27,850 bases of DNA from Chthoniobacteraceae bacterium (GCA_031409335.1 JANNWY010000154.1:1-27850), one strand, 5' to 3'; shown: positions 1 through 9,977, numbered from the stretch's first letter. Made by a program: numbers and translations. The notes: generated by a model from the letters alone, not told the origin.

Positions 1-141
1 CGAGATCTTCGCCTATATCGAATCTTACTACAACACCCATCGGAAACATTCCTCCTTGGGCTACCTTTCACCAGCTCAATTCGAGTCAAATCTCTCCCAA
101 AACATCTAACTAAAAATGGTCCAGAAATCGGTTGCACCTCA
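1..141 (+). mobile_element. Right end of an IS3-family insertion sequence (partial, continues left of window)
   Basis: Transposase C-terminus at 2-109 followed by TGGTCCAGAAATCGGTTGCACCTCA (117-141), which ends in CA (TG on the other strand) as IS3-family ends do. Confidence 0.85.
2..109 (+). CDS. IS3-family transposase OrfB, C-terminal 35 aa (partial)
   Basis: Manual translation EIFAYIESYYNTHRKHSSLGYLSPAQFESNLSQNI* matches the YIExYYNxxRxHSSLGYxSP signature of IS3 integrase cores. Not in the ORF track. Confidence 0.92.
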   Translation, partial: EIFAYIESYYNTHRKHSSLGYLSPAQFESNLSQNI

Positions 142-184
142 GTCGGCCTTTGAAAGGCTGCCGACTAGCCAGCTTGCACCACAT

Positions 185-335
185 TTAACCTGCATTTCTC
201 ACACCCAAAAAGGAACAGACCACAGCCTGTTTTCTTCCTCTTCCTCTTCCGCTTAATCTTCCTCCTATCGTGACAGAGGAAGATTAAGCGGAAGAGGAAG
301 AGGAAGAGCGGAGGGCTGTGAGAAATGCGGGTTAA
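185..335. repeat. Nested inverted-repeat element (REP/MITE-like)
   Basis: Outer arms 185-203 and 317-335 (18/19 complementary, the mismatch being G-U compatible); inner perfect 32-bp arms 233-264 and 276-307 around an 11-nt loop. Confidence 0.9.
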
Positions 336-404
336 TCACACTACGCGCTTCCCCTGGCTCGCATTTGCCGTTGCCATCCGAAGCGGCTTGCCTATCGAAA
401 AAAC

Positions 405-1730
405 ATGCGTGCGCTTCTCTGGCTGCTGCTTTTTCTCCTCCTCGCGCCATTCGCGCGGGCAGGTGGAGTGACTTGGACGGATCGCGGGGCGAGCGCGATC
501 AAGCGCATGAATTTCGACGGCACCGCGCTGGTCACCGTGCCGGTCAGCGGTGCGGTGAGTTCACCGGGCACAAACATCCGGGGGATCGCGCTCGACCTTG
601 CCGGCGGGCGGATGTTTTGGGCGGATAACGGTGCGGATCGCATCCTGCGCGCGAATCTCAATGGGACGAACGCGACGATTCTCGCATCGCTGCCAGTGGG
701 CTTTCCGGCGGATGTGCGACTCGATCCCGCGGGACAGCTCGTGTATTTCTGCGATCAGCAGCGGAATCTCCTCCAGCGGATGACCTTCGACGGTGCCGCG
801 CTCGCGACGGTGATCGACACGGTGAATGGCAATCAGCCCTACTTTCTCGATTTCGTGCCCGCGGCGGGGAAGGTTTATTGGGGAGGCTTCGCGAGTGGAA
901 ATCTCTATCGCGCGAACCTCGACGGCTCGGGCTTCGAGACGCTCGTCACTGGCAACAACAACGTGCGCGGCGTGTGCGTCGATCCGGCGGGCGGCATGAT
1001 TTACTGGATCAATCGCGATGACAAAAAGGTGCATCGCTGCGCGCTGTCCGCGCTGCCGGTGAATGTCCCGACCAGCCCGGCGGTGCAGACGCTTTATCAG
1101 GGACTCGATACGCCGCACGGCCTGGTGCTCGACCTGCCCGCGCGCAAGCTCTACTGGGCGGACACGGGTAGCAATGCCGGGATCGGTCTCGGCGACAAAG
1201 CGGTGAGCCGCGGCGATCTGGACGGTGCGACTCCGCAGGAGGTGCTCGCGACAGGCTCGGAGCCTTGGGATGTGGATGTTGACCCGCGCTGCACGACTTA
1301 CGCTGAATGGCGCGCGCGCCATTTCCGCAAGGACGCGCTGCCTGACGTCACCGCGCCAACGGCCGACCCGGACGCCGATGGCCAGGTGAACGCGCTCGAG
1401 TACGCCTGCGGCTCGCATCCGTTGCGGCCGGACGCGCCGGCTTCACCGATCGAGGGATTCATCTACCACGATGGCGCGACTGGTTTCTCGCATCTGGCAG
1501 TGCGCTTCCGCCGCCGCCCTGCCGCCACGGACCTTGGCTACCACGTGCAGGTTTCCGACGATCTGATCGCGTGGCGCGATAGCCGCAACGGCGGTCCGTT
1601 GCCGACGACGGTGGAAGTCAGCGCCGAACCAGCCGCGGATTATCTGGAACTCGTGACCACACGGGAGGAAGCGCGCATCGCCAGCGGCAGTCAATCGTTC
1701 CTCCGATTGCAGGTGGTGCTGATGCCGTAA
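405..1730 (+). CDS. Secreted YWTD (LDL-receptor class B-like) beta-propeller protein with C-terminal extracellular domain
   Basis: Signal peptide MRALLWLLLFLLLAPFARA; repeated MFWAD, VYFCD, VYWGG, IYWIN and LYWAD blades with RANLxG motifs; C-terminal ADPDADGQVNALEYACG and terminal FLRLQV. Confidence 0.85.
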   Translation: MRALLWLLLFLLLAPFARAGGVTWTDRGASAIKRMNFDGTALVTVPVSGAVSSPGTNIRGIALDLAGGRMFWADNGADRILRANLNGTNATILASLPVGFPADVRLDPAGQLVYFCDQQRNLLQRMTFDGAALATVIDTVNGNQPYFLDFVPAAGKVYWGGFASGNLYRANLDGSGFETLVTGNNNVRGVCVDPAGGMIYWINRDDKKVHRCALSALPVNVPTSPAVQTLYQGLDTPHGLVLDLPARKLYWADTGSNAGIGLGDKAVSRGDLDGATPQEVLATGSEPWDVDVDPRCTTYAEWRARHFRKDALPDVTAPTADPDADGQVNALEYACGSHPLRPDAPASPIEGFIYHDGATGFSHLAVRFRRRPAATDLGYHVQVSDDLIAWRDSRNGGPLPTTVEVSAEPAADYLELVTTREEARIASGSQSFLRLQVVLMP

Positions 1731-1800
1731 AAATGGCGGTGGGAGTTACCGCGGAGGACGTGGATGAGCAGCGGTTGGCGGATGAAAAAGACCGCGTCGG

Positions 1801-3063
1801 CTATTTCCCGCCGATGCAAAAAAGGTTCCCCGCCGTGCGGATGAAAATCCGGCCCTGCGAAATCGCGGGCGATGCCTGAATTTTTTCATCCAGCGCGTTT
1901 CGCGCGAGCACTTTGAAATGCGGGCCGGCTTCGATCACCGTCGTCACGCCTTCGTCGGACAGCAGATAGAGCCTTCCATCCGCGAACACCGGCGACGCGG
2001 AGAAATTTCCGCCCACGCGCTCGCGCCACACCGGCTCGCCGTTGTCGGCCCGCAGACACGACATCACGCCAGCGTCGCTCATCGCGAAAAGATGCGGCTC
2101 CACGTAGATCATCGACGGGAGCTTCGGCTCACCCTTGCGCTGCTCCCACACGAGATTCGTCTCCTTCAGATCGCCTTTTCCGTCCAAACGAAACGCCTTG
2201 ATCGAATTCCGCCCGCCCGCACCGCCCGCGGTGAAAACGAGACCTTTTCCCAAAACGGCGGACGGCACTTTCCCCTCGCCGATCACCTCGCTCGACCATA
2301 TCCGCTCGCCCGTCACCGCGTCGAATCCCTGCACCACATCGCCCGCCTCGCTCACCACCTGCGCCCTGCCGTCGTGCTCCCAAATATTCGGCACGCCGTG
2401 CGCGATGCGCGACATCCCGCGTTTGCTTTTCCATCGCTCCTTCCCCGTCTTCGCATCGAGCGCGAGCACGTAGGATTGATCCCACGGCTTCTGCCAGCCA
2501 ACCGATTTGTCCTCGCCATTGCTGCTGCCATCGCGCGCCATGATGAGCAGCCCATCGTGCAAAATCGGCGAAGTCCCGAGTCCGTGCTGGCTGTAAAAAG
2601 GATGGTCGCGATTCGTCCAAACGACCTCACCCGCGAAATCGAGCGCGACAAAACTGCCGTCGCCAAAACACGCGTACACCCGCTCGCCATCCGTCGCGGG
2701 CGTCGGTGTCGCATAGCTGTTGCGGTCTTCCTTTTTCAGCGGCACCTGCCGGAAGACTTCCTTGTTCCAAAGCACGCGCCCCGACTTCACATCGAGCGAA
2801 AGCACGCGGCAGGATTGGCTGGCCACCGTCGCGGTGGTGACGAAAACACGGTCTTCCCACACGATCGGCGACGACCAGCTTTGACCGGGGATATCCGTCT
2901 TCCAGGCAATGTTGGAAATCGCGCTCCATTCCAGCGGCAGCCCGGTTTCCGACGAGACACCCTGCCGCGAAGGTCCGCGAAATTGCGGCCAGTTTTCCGC
3001 GTGCGCGAGAGCGGTGGCAAAGATGGACGCCGCCGTGAATAGGGAAAGTGTGGTGTGTTTCAT
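1801..3063 (-). CDS. PQQ-binding-like / BamB-like beta-propeller repeat protein, secreted
   Basis: Signal peptide, then ENWPQFRGP; WSSPIVWEDRVFV, ATPTPATDGERVYA, repeated xDAKTGKERW-type blades and SPAISQGRIFIRT C-terminus, typical of the family expanded in PVC bacteria. Confidence 0.92.
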   Translation of the reverse strand: MKHTTLSLFTAASIFATALAHAENWPQFRGPSRQGVSSETGLPLEWSAISNIAWKTDIPGQSWSSPIVWEDRVFVTTATVASQSCRVLSLDVKSGRVLWNKEVFRQVPLKKEDRNSYATPTPATDGERVYACFGDGSFVALDFAGEVVWTNRDHPFYSQHGLGTSPILHDGLLIMARDGSSNGEDKSVGWQKPWDQSYVLALDAKTGKERWKSKRGMSRIAHGVPNIWEHDGRAQVVSEAGDVVQGFDAVTGERIWSSEVIGEGKVPSAVLGKGLVFTAGGAGGRNSIKAFRLDGKGDLKETNLVWEQRKGEPKLPSMIYVEPHLFAMSDAGVMSCLRADNGEPVWRERVGGNFSASPVFADGRLYLLSDEGVTTVIEAGPHFKVLARNALDEKIQASPAISQGRIFIRTAGNLFCIGGK

Positions 3064-3160
3064 TTGAGGGTTCCAGGAGCAGAAACGTTTTTCGCCGCGT
3101 CATCCAGCACAAGCACCCAGTCCAGCGCCTCGCCCGGAATTGGCGGAGTAAACTCACTCT
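3060..3160 (-). pseudogene. Orphan C-terminal remnant resembling the DUF4038 / putative collagen-binding-domain glycoside hydrolase tail
   Basis: EFTPPIPGEALDWVLVLDDAAKNVSAPGTLK* resembles the FTPP...DWVLVLDD tail of that family. Its TGA overlaps the next ATG (ATGA). Upstream the frame is only the antisense shadow of the opposite-strand gene. Confidence 0.6.
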
Positions 3161-3362
3161 TTTGGGCGATTTTCAACGGAGCCGGTTCGTAGGCGAGTTT
3201 GCAAACTAGCTCGGGCGCGCGAAGCGAGACGGCGCTGCCTGCGGGCTCTCCGCCACCGCGCCGCACGAGGTGGCAAACCTCGCCTGCGCGAGATTGATAA
3301 TAAAGTTTCTGGCCAGTCCGCCCGCACGCCGGTATCCGCTCCGCGTCGCACGGCCCCACCCT

Positions 3363-6103
3363 ATGAACCGCCTCCCGCTCACCTGCCTCGCCCTCCTCCT
3401 TTTTTGCGAACCATCCGTGCTCGGCAGGGACGCTGCGCGCTTCACGCCGACCGAGCCGGAGATCACCACGATCCGCGGGCGCATCGTGAAGGTGCACATC
3501 CCGGACGGATTCGAGCGCGTGACCTTGCAAGTGCTCAATCCCCCGCGCCAACGGCTGCGCCGATCTTCCACCGACACCGGCGGCCAGTGGAAGACGGTCG
3601 GCGTGAACTATCCGCAAAAGCTCGGCGCGACGATCGACTTCCGGCTCGACCGGCTCACCCCGCGCCGGCTGCTGCGCGTCTTCGGCACGCGCTTGGAAAC
3701 GCTGCCAGGAAGCATGCTGACCGGCATCACGACCTTTCTGCCCGAGTCGGATGCGCTCAGCGTTCCCGTCATCGGGAATCTCCTTGCGCCCCTGAGTGAC
3801 GCACCTGCTTTCGCATCCACGAATGCTCTCGGCGCGGCAAACGCGTCCGGCACGCCCGCAGCGGTCGCCGTGGAAACCCGCGCGGTCGCCGAGGCCGACA
3901 TCTGGAAGCTGGATGGCGATCGGCTCTACTTTTTCAATGCACTCCGCGGACTCCAGGTCTTCGATCTCAGCAAACCCGACAGCCCCGCCCTGCTCGGCGC
4001 GCTGCGGATGCCGGCGATGGGCGAAGACATGTATCTGCTGGATGCGGCGCACATCGTCCTGCTGAAAAAATCGTGGAATTGGTATTGGAGCGGCGACCTC
4101 CTCACGACTCCCGACGCGGCGGCCAGCGCGGAAACGCTCCCGCTTGCCGCCGACAGCGCGGCGATCCGCGCCGCGCATTTCACGATCGCTCCGCAGCGCG
4201 AGGCGAACAGAAGCCGCGAAATCGTCATCGCCGATGTGCGCGATGGCCAGCCGCGCGTGGTCGGCAGCGTGCCTTTCGATGGCACGGTGCGCGAGAGCCG
4301 GATGGTGGGCAAAGTCCTCTACCTCGCCACCGACACATATCGGCCCGCCACCCCGGGCGCGCAGCCGCAGTGGGGACTCGCGGTCACCTCTTTCGACCTG
4401 CACGATCCAGCCCATCCGGTGCGGCGCGCCAGCATTCATCTCGGCGGCTGGGCAAATGCCGTCACCGCCAATGACCGCACTTTGCTCGTCGCAAAATCGG
4501 GCGCGCAGGGCGGCACCGAAATCGACATCCTCGACATCTCCGATCCGAACGGCGCGATGACGCGCGGTGGCTCCGTGTCGGTCGTCGGCAGTGTCGCGGA
4601 CAAGTTCAAGCTGCGCGAAGTGGGCGGCGTCCTCACCGTCGTCTCGCAGAAATGGCGCGCGCACGCGCAAGGAAATCGACGATCTGCTGAATCTTCCGGC
4701 CAATGTGCGCCCGCCCGATTTCGTCAGCGCGTCGTCGGTCGGCATCACCGCGGTGAATACTTTTTCCCTCGTCAGCCCCGCCGCGCCAGTGCCGCTCGGC
4801 ACGCTCGATCTCGCGCTGGATGAAACGCTGCACGCCACCCGCTTCGACGGCGACCGGCGGCGCTTTCCTCGTCCCGTACTGGAACGATCCGGCTCCGTAC
4901 GACACCTATTCGTCCACCTGGATTCCAAACCCCAAGGCCCCATCCGTGGATGCGGAAGCGATCGACGCAGGCAGCGTGGCTGACGTTACCGTGAGGCAGA
5001 TTTACATCGGAAAATTGGCGGGGCACTGGGAGCACGTGAAGACCGGCACGATCGACCCGCCGGGATACTGGTCTCCGAGCAACGTCTGGCGCAACACCCA
5101 GCGCGTCTTCGCATTCGATGTGCGCAATCCCGCGCGGCTTCGGTTCGCATCATACATCAAGATTGGCAACGACCAGCCGTGAGATGTCGATTCGCCCGTC
5201 GCAGTCGATGGCACAATCTTCGCCAGCTATCGGCACCTCGGTTCGCCAGTCACCTCGAAAGATTTTGCCGCCGCAAACACGAGCGACCCAAACGCATTTG
5301 CGAGGCCGGAAATCACGCGTCAGGGCCGCCACTTCCTTCAGTCCGTGGACTACTCGAATCCGCTGCGTCCAGTCCTCTCGCCCGACCATCCGAATCTCCC
5401 GGGACGTCTGATCGGGACGGCTCCCGGAGGCGCGATTCTTTTCACCATGGGCCGCCAGTACGACGCAATTACGGGTGCCATCTTCGGCTACCAGCGCATG
5501 CTCCACGCCAGCGCGCTCGACGGCAAAGTCGTCCACCTCCTCGACCAGCTCCCGCTGACCCAAACCGACTGGCCGCCATCCTTACTTCGCGGGCGGACGA
5601 TTTTCCAACTCCAAACCCAGCCCGCGAAAATTTGGGTGCCATCCAACGAGCCGCCGCCCGTCCGCGATGTGATTGTTGGCGAAGAGTTCACCTTGTCAGG
5701 CACGCTAACCCTGCCCGGCTTCACACCCATCCACGGCGATGCTCTCTTCACCGGCCAGCCTTACCTCCACTGGAATCGCGGCACCTACGAGGACAATCCG
5801 AAAAAGAGCACCCTCACGACTTGGGAACTCCGCGCGGATGGAAAGTTCGCGCAACTCGATGAAGTCGAACTCGCCCACGAGAGCACCTTCCACCTTATTG
5901 GAAATCTCGGCGTCACCTACGAGCGCGAGAATCAACCGCGCTTGCTCGATGTCACCGACCCTGCAAACCTCCGCGTCCTTGGCTACCGCAGCTTCGAGGG
6001 CGCGCCGTACCTGAACTACCAATTTGCCGACGGTGCCGTCGGCAGCGGCCTATGGGTGCCTGCTGGCCAGCACGGACTCGAAGCCATCCTCTTTCCGAAG
6101 TAG
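3363..6103 (+). pseudogene. Secreted beta-propeller domain protein (Beta_propel / PF09826-like), disrupted
   Basis: Signal-like MNRLPLTCLALLLFC at 3363; VAEADIWKLDGDRLY and ETLHATRFDGDR motifs. Frameshift near 4660, frame change or deletion near 4858, in-frame TGA at 5180-5182; the same frame then stays open to TAG at 6103. Confidence 0.8.
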
Positions 6104-6168
6104 GAAAATGCGCGGGCGGCTGGTTCGTTCCCATAAGTGCGATTGAAAGTGGCGGCAGCTTACGGAAA

Positions 6169-6248
6169 TCGTCCTCGTCCTCCTACCTACTCGTCCTCTA
6201 TGTAAGCACTCTTTTCGACGACGTGTTGGTGTTGTAGGACGTGGACGA
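6169..6248. repeat. Degenerate (TCGTCC)n/(GGACGA)n palindromic repeat between convergent genes
   Basis: TCGTCCTCGTCCTC...CTCGTCCTC at 6169-6200 is imperfectly complementary to 6215-6248 (...AGGACGTGGACGA). Confidence 0.6.
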
Positions 6249-6256
6249 CAGCTTCT

Positions 6257-7666
6257 TCAGAATCCGAAGACGCTCCGCACTGCCTGCACCGTTTGCCGCT
6301 GCTCGAAGTAGTTGCAGTGATGCACGGTGCGCGAGTCACCGAAATCGTGGGCAACGTTCTTGATGAGACTCATCGCTGGCTTGGGTTCGGCAATTTCACC
6401 AGTTTGGTCCATCGAGTCCAAATCGACCACGAGATCGTTCGCGCCCGGAAAGACCGCGTCCGCCGCAGTGTCGAGAAAGGACGCGCCGGGACGCGCGACA
6501 AACGATTTCAAAAAGCCCCACACGCCCGATTCGACAGGCTCGAAATTCGACCGGACGACCCAGTAATGAACTGGCTTGGTAGCGTCGGCAAAATCGAAGG
6601 CTCCCGTGTTCACACGCAAAGCGCGCAGCTCAGGATTCGAGCCATGCCGCGACTGCGCGGCGATGCCGGGGATCATCGCCACGATGGCATCCGCGAGCGG
6701 CGTGCTCAGCGCGCCAGTCACGCGCGCGAAAAATCCCGCGAGCGAACCCGCCAACGCGAGCAGCGGACCGCCCGCCATGCCAGCAGCCAGGCCAACGGCT
6801 TCTCCCGCGTTTGAAAGAAAATCCATGACGGCCCTGATGCGCGCGGGTGCGGCGAGGCTGGTGCCTGCGAGCGGCGCACCGACCATGATGACGCGGCAGC
6901 GGGTCTGCTCCTGGCGGAAGCCTTCGCAAAACCAGCGTGCCACCAGCCCGCCGCGACTATGCGCGATGATATCGAGCGTCTTCGGCACACCGTGCGCAAG
7001 TTTCGCCGCAAGATCGAAGGCATTCAGCATCGGGCTCATCGCGAGCGTGGGATGATCGAATGCGAGCACGAAGTCGTAGCTGGTGAGCGCCGCGGAAAAC
7101 ATCGCATCGCCGCCGGGTGCCTTCCCCAAGCCGCGCAGCACCGCGTCATTATCGCTGAAGGTGCCATGAATCAGCAGCAGCACGTTCTTTTCCGCAAGTT
7201 TACCCAGGATACCAGGATCGAGCGGCAGGAGGGTTCCATCCTTCGCGAACTGGCGCAGGCCCCAGAGCTGACCTTGCGCATTCCACGCCGGGCGCGAGAG
7301 CCGCCGGTCCGCCGCGATCAATAGGTCACTTACTTTTGAAGTCTCCTGCTTCTCAAACAAGGTCTGGCTGAGAACGATGGGTGCCGCGAGTGGCGCACGA
7401 CGCAACCCACGCCGCTTCCCAAGTGCTTCATGCCCGGGACCCGGCGAGTGCGGCCTGCCGATCTGCCAGCGCAGCAATCCACCGTCATCGCGCACCAGAT
7501 TCAGCGCCCGACTTTCGAGCGCGGCCCGCTGCGGGGCGGCGCGCATTTTCTTCGCCGAAACCACCTCCGCGAGTGGCTCGCAACCGATGTCGCCGAGCAC
7601 GCCGCCGACGATTTCCCGCACCAGAGGATCCTGCGCTCCGACATCCCGAGTGGCCTCCTTCTTCAT
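6257..7666 (-). CDS. Alpha/beta hydrolase (lipase/PGAP1-like, of the type usually linked to CHAT domains)
   Basis: LLIHGTFS oxyanion strand, AFDHPTL, nucleophile elbow AHSRGG, candidate acid NDLVVD and His in VHHCNYF; about 160-aa N-terminal extension; no signal peptide. Confidence 0.88.
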   Translation of the reverse strand: MKKEATRDVGAQDPLVREIVGGVLGDIGCEPLAEVVSAKKMRAAPQRAALESRALNLVRDDGGLLRWQIGRPHSPGPGHEALGKRRGLRRAPLAAPIVLSQTLFEKQETSKVSDLLIAADRRLSRPAWNAQGQLWGLRQFAKDGTLLPLDPGILGKLAEKNVLLLIHGTFSDNDAVLRGLGKAPGGDAMFSAALTSYDFVLAFDHPTLAMSPMLNAFDLAAKLAHGVPKTLDIIAHSRGGLVARWFCEGFRQEQTRCRVIMVGAPLAGTSLAAPARIRAVMDFLSNAGEAVGLAAGMAGGPLLALAGSLAGFFARVTGALSTPLADAIVAMIPGIAAQSRHGSNPELRALRVNTGAFDFADATKPVHYWVVRSNFEPVESGVWGFLKSFVARPGASFLDTAADAVFPGANDLVVDLDSMDQTGEIAEPKPAMSLIKNVAHDFGDSRTVHHCNYFEQRQTVQAVRSVFGF

Positions 7667-7670
7667 CGCA

Positions 7671-9977
7671 TCAAGCCACCGTGCCCTGCGTGATGATCGC
7701 CAGCGGAGTCACGCCTTTTTCGCGCGCAGTCTGCACGTCGATCATGCCATCGAACTCTTCCGGCCCACGCAGGTCGGCGAGCAGTTGCCGCGATTCGCTG
7801 ACCGCGTCGGTGAAAGAACGTTGCAGGGGAATGTAGGTCGCCTCCACTGGCACGAGTTCACCCTTGAGCACCGCCGCGCGAATCCCGGCAAGGTGATGCG
7901 GCTCGGCGAACATCCATGGCTCCGAAGCATTTTTTTCGCGCCCGCCGCCGAGCACTTTTTCCTGCGTCACTTTTCCGGTGGCTTTTGCGTGCTTGGGCAT
8001 TTTCGTCAATCCCTCGATGAATCCCACGCGGGCACTTTCGCTCGTCCAATAGCCCGCGAAGGCATGACCGCTGGTCAGAAAGATGACTGGAAAAATCCCC
8101 ACGTGTTCCCAGCAAGACGCAAGTAACAGAGCCAGCTCAATGCAGGTTCCGCGGCGTGCCCGCAGGATTTCCTCCGGCGTGCGCAGGCGCTGCGACGCAT
8201 TGGTATAGGATGGCGGTGGATTGACGTAGTCGAGTCGCAAGGTGTGCTGCAGCGCCGCCCAGATAGCTCGCGTTTGCAGAGCCACTCCCTCGTCGGGATT
8301 GGAGCCAAAGCCACCCTGATAGCCATCGAAGCCCGCAGTCGGCTGATCGCACAAAGCGCGAAGAAAGGGCTGCGACGCGCTGAGAATATCACGCACCGCT
8401 GGGTCGCGCGGGAAAACGAACGAAGGCAGGAAATGCCGCCCCGAGGTATCATCACGCCACTCATCGCATGGCAGCAGTTTGATCGACTTAAGAAGATGAA
8501 ACACCTGCACTGCTCCGCACTTGATGGCGATTTCCACCGTGGCCAGCAGCGTCTCACCGCGCTGACGCAGGAGCTGCGATCCGAGCGGCAAGGCAACACT
8601 CGCAGCGAGGTCTTGCTGGCGGGGAGCCTCTTCGGGAAGGTCCACAAAGAAGTGGCATTCGGCGGGTCGATCCAAGCCAGTGTCGAGCCGGACGGTGACT
8701 TCCAGCGGGTCCATCACACCCTCGCGGATTTTGGTAACGGTGAACCCTTTGAAAAGACCGCCGCGGCTGTTGTGAAGTACGGAGTAGTTCAGCGCATCCT
8801 CGAGATCGCAATTCACCGGCAAAGCCGCCTTCGCGTCCGCCGGTTTGATCGCGCCGCCAGCGGCCGGGATGCCAAACTCCACCAGCGTTTCGTCTTGAGG
8901 TTTGGCTGCCGCGCGTTTGCCGATTAAATCGACGGCAGACCAAAGCGTCACGGTTCCCAAGGCATTTGGGTCGGCTTGAGATTTATTGGCTGCCAGTCCA
9001 GCCCGCAACGCCCCGAGCGCATCCGGTTCCTTTTTCCAAGCACGGTAGAATGCTCCGAAGAAGACCGGGATGCTGGCATCCATCACTTCGCCGTGAAAGC
9101 CGATGGCTATTTTCGCACCATGCGCCAAGGCCAGCGGAGCCAGTCTCCGCCCCGTATAACACGAGCTGAATACGACAATCTCCGCACCGTGCGACGCAAC
9201 GGTCTCGGCCACATCCTCCGTCAGCCGCTCGTCGATTCCCTCCTTGAGTTGCTCCAAGTCTTTAGCGGAAACCGCCACACCTTTCTCGGCGGAATTCAGC
9301 ACGAGGTGGACGATCCTTGGCTTTTTCGCAGCCACTTCCGCCTCAAGCTCCAGCAGCGACTTTGCGCCCAAGGTTTGCATCGTGCCTTGCAATGCTGCCT
9401 CAATCGCAGCCCGCTCGGTTTTGTAATCGAAGCCCGCTGCCTCCGCGCATTCCGTCACAGCAAAACCCGGAGCACCCGTCGAGATCGCTCGCTCATCGCC
9501 ACCGGACAAAACGCGCACCACCACGAAGTCTTCCTGAGCGATCCGAGTCCTTTCATCCTTGGTGGCAAGTGCCAGCAAAGCTTCCCAGGGAAATACCCGC
9601 ACAGCCCAGCCTATCGACTCCCCCTGCCATGCCATTTCCACCTGCACCACTCCGCTCGCCGCCGCTGCCACGATGAAATCCTCGACGCCCTTTTTGGTGA
9701 GACCGCCCGACAGACCGAGTTCCAGAATCGCTTCGTGCGCATTGGCGCGCCATGAACGCACCTCCTTTTCCTTGTCGATCTGCCTGCCACGATCGGACGA
9801 AAGCAGACGGTTCCACGCCAGTGCCCTTGGGTAAAGCACGCGATCTTCCACCGCCGCCGAAAGCTCCATCCCGCCACCTTCGCGCAATATCACCTTACCC
9901 AGCACTGCCTTGCTCGCCCGCACAGGCGCTTTCGCTGTCTTCTTGGATTTTGGAGGGGTGATCGCTTTCGTGGCCAT
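7671..9977 (-). CDS. CHAT (caspase-like) domain fused to a beta-rich linker and transglutaminase-like domain
   Basis: Start moved to ATG 9977 (MATKAIT) to avoid overlapping the upstream gene. CHAT-like motifs FPWEALL, PRIVHL, VVFSSCYTG, AIGF..V.D....FFGAFY. C-terminal YVNPPPSY..QRLRTP..GTCIELALLLASCWE..GHAFAGYW..VPVEAT matches the transglutaminase-like N-terminal module of DUF4011/DUF3320 helicases. Confidence 0.8.
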   Translation of the reverse strand: MATKAITPPKSKKTAKAPVRASKAVLGKVILREGGGMELSAAVEDRVLYPRALAWNRLLSSDRGRQIDKEKEVRSWRANAHEAILELGLSGGLTKKGVEDFIVAAAASGVVQVEMAWQGESIGWAVRVFPWEALLALATKDERTRIAQEDFVVVRVLSGGDERAISTGAPGFAVTECAEAAGFDYKTERAAIEAALQGTMQTLGAKSLLELEAEVAAKKPRIVHLVLNSAEKGVAVSAKDLEQLKEGIDERLTEDVAETVASHGAEIVVFSSCYTGRRLAPLALAHGAKIAIGFHGEVMDASIPVFFGAFYRAWKKEPDALGALRAGLAANKSQADPNALGTVTLWSAVDLIGKRAAAKPQDETLVEFGIPAAGGAIKPADAKAALPVNCDLEDALNYSVLHNSRGGLFKGFTVTKIREGVMDPLEVTVRLDTGLDRPAECHFFVDLPEEAPRQQDLAASVALPLGSQLLRQRGETLLATVEIAIKCGAVQVFHLLKSIKLLPCDEWRDDTSGRHFLPSFVFPRDPAVRDILSASQPFLRALCDQPTAGFDGYQGGFGSNPDEGVALQTRAIWAALQHTLRLDYVNPPPSYTNASQRLRTPEEILRARRGTCIELALLLASCWEHVGIFPVIFLTSGHAFAGYWTSESARVGFIEGLTKMPKHAKATGKVTQEKVLGGGREKNASEPWMFAEPHHLAGIRAAVLKGELVPVEATYIPLQRSFTDAVSESRQLLADLRGPEEFDGMIDVQTAREKGVTPLAIITQGTVA

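Noticed and set aside
3060..4943. 627-aa minus-strand ORF as a full gene
   Set aside because: Mostly antisense to the beta-propeller pseudogene; only the last ~30 codons look protein-like.
5180..5182. In-frame TGA as selenocysteine or recoded Trp
   Set aside because: The gene has other lesions, and TGA is used as a normal stop elsewhere in the window.
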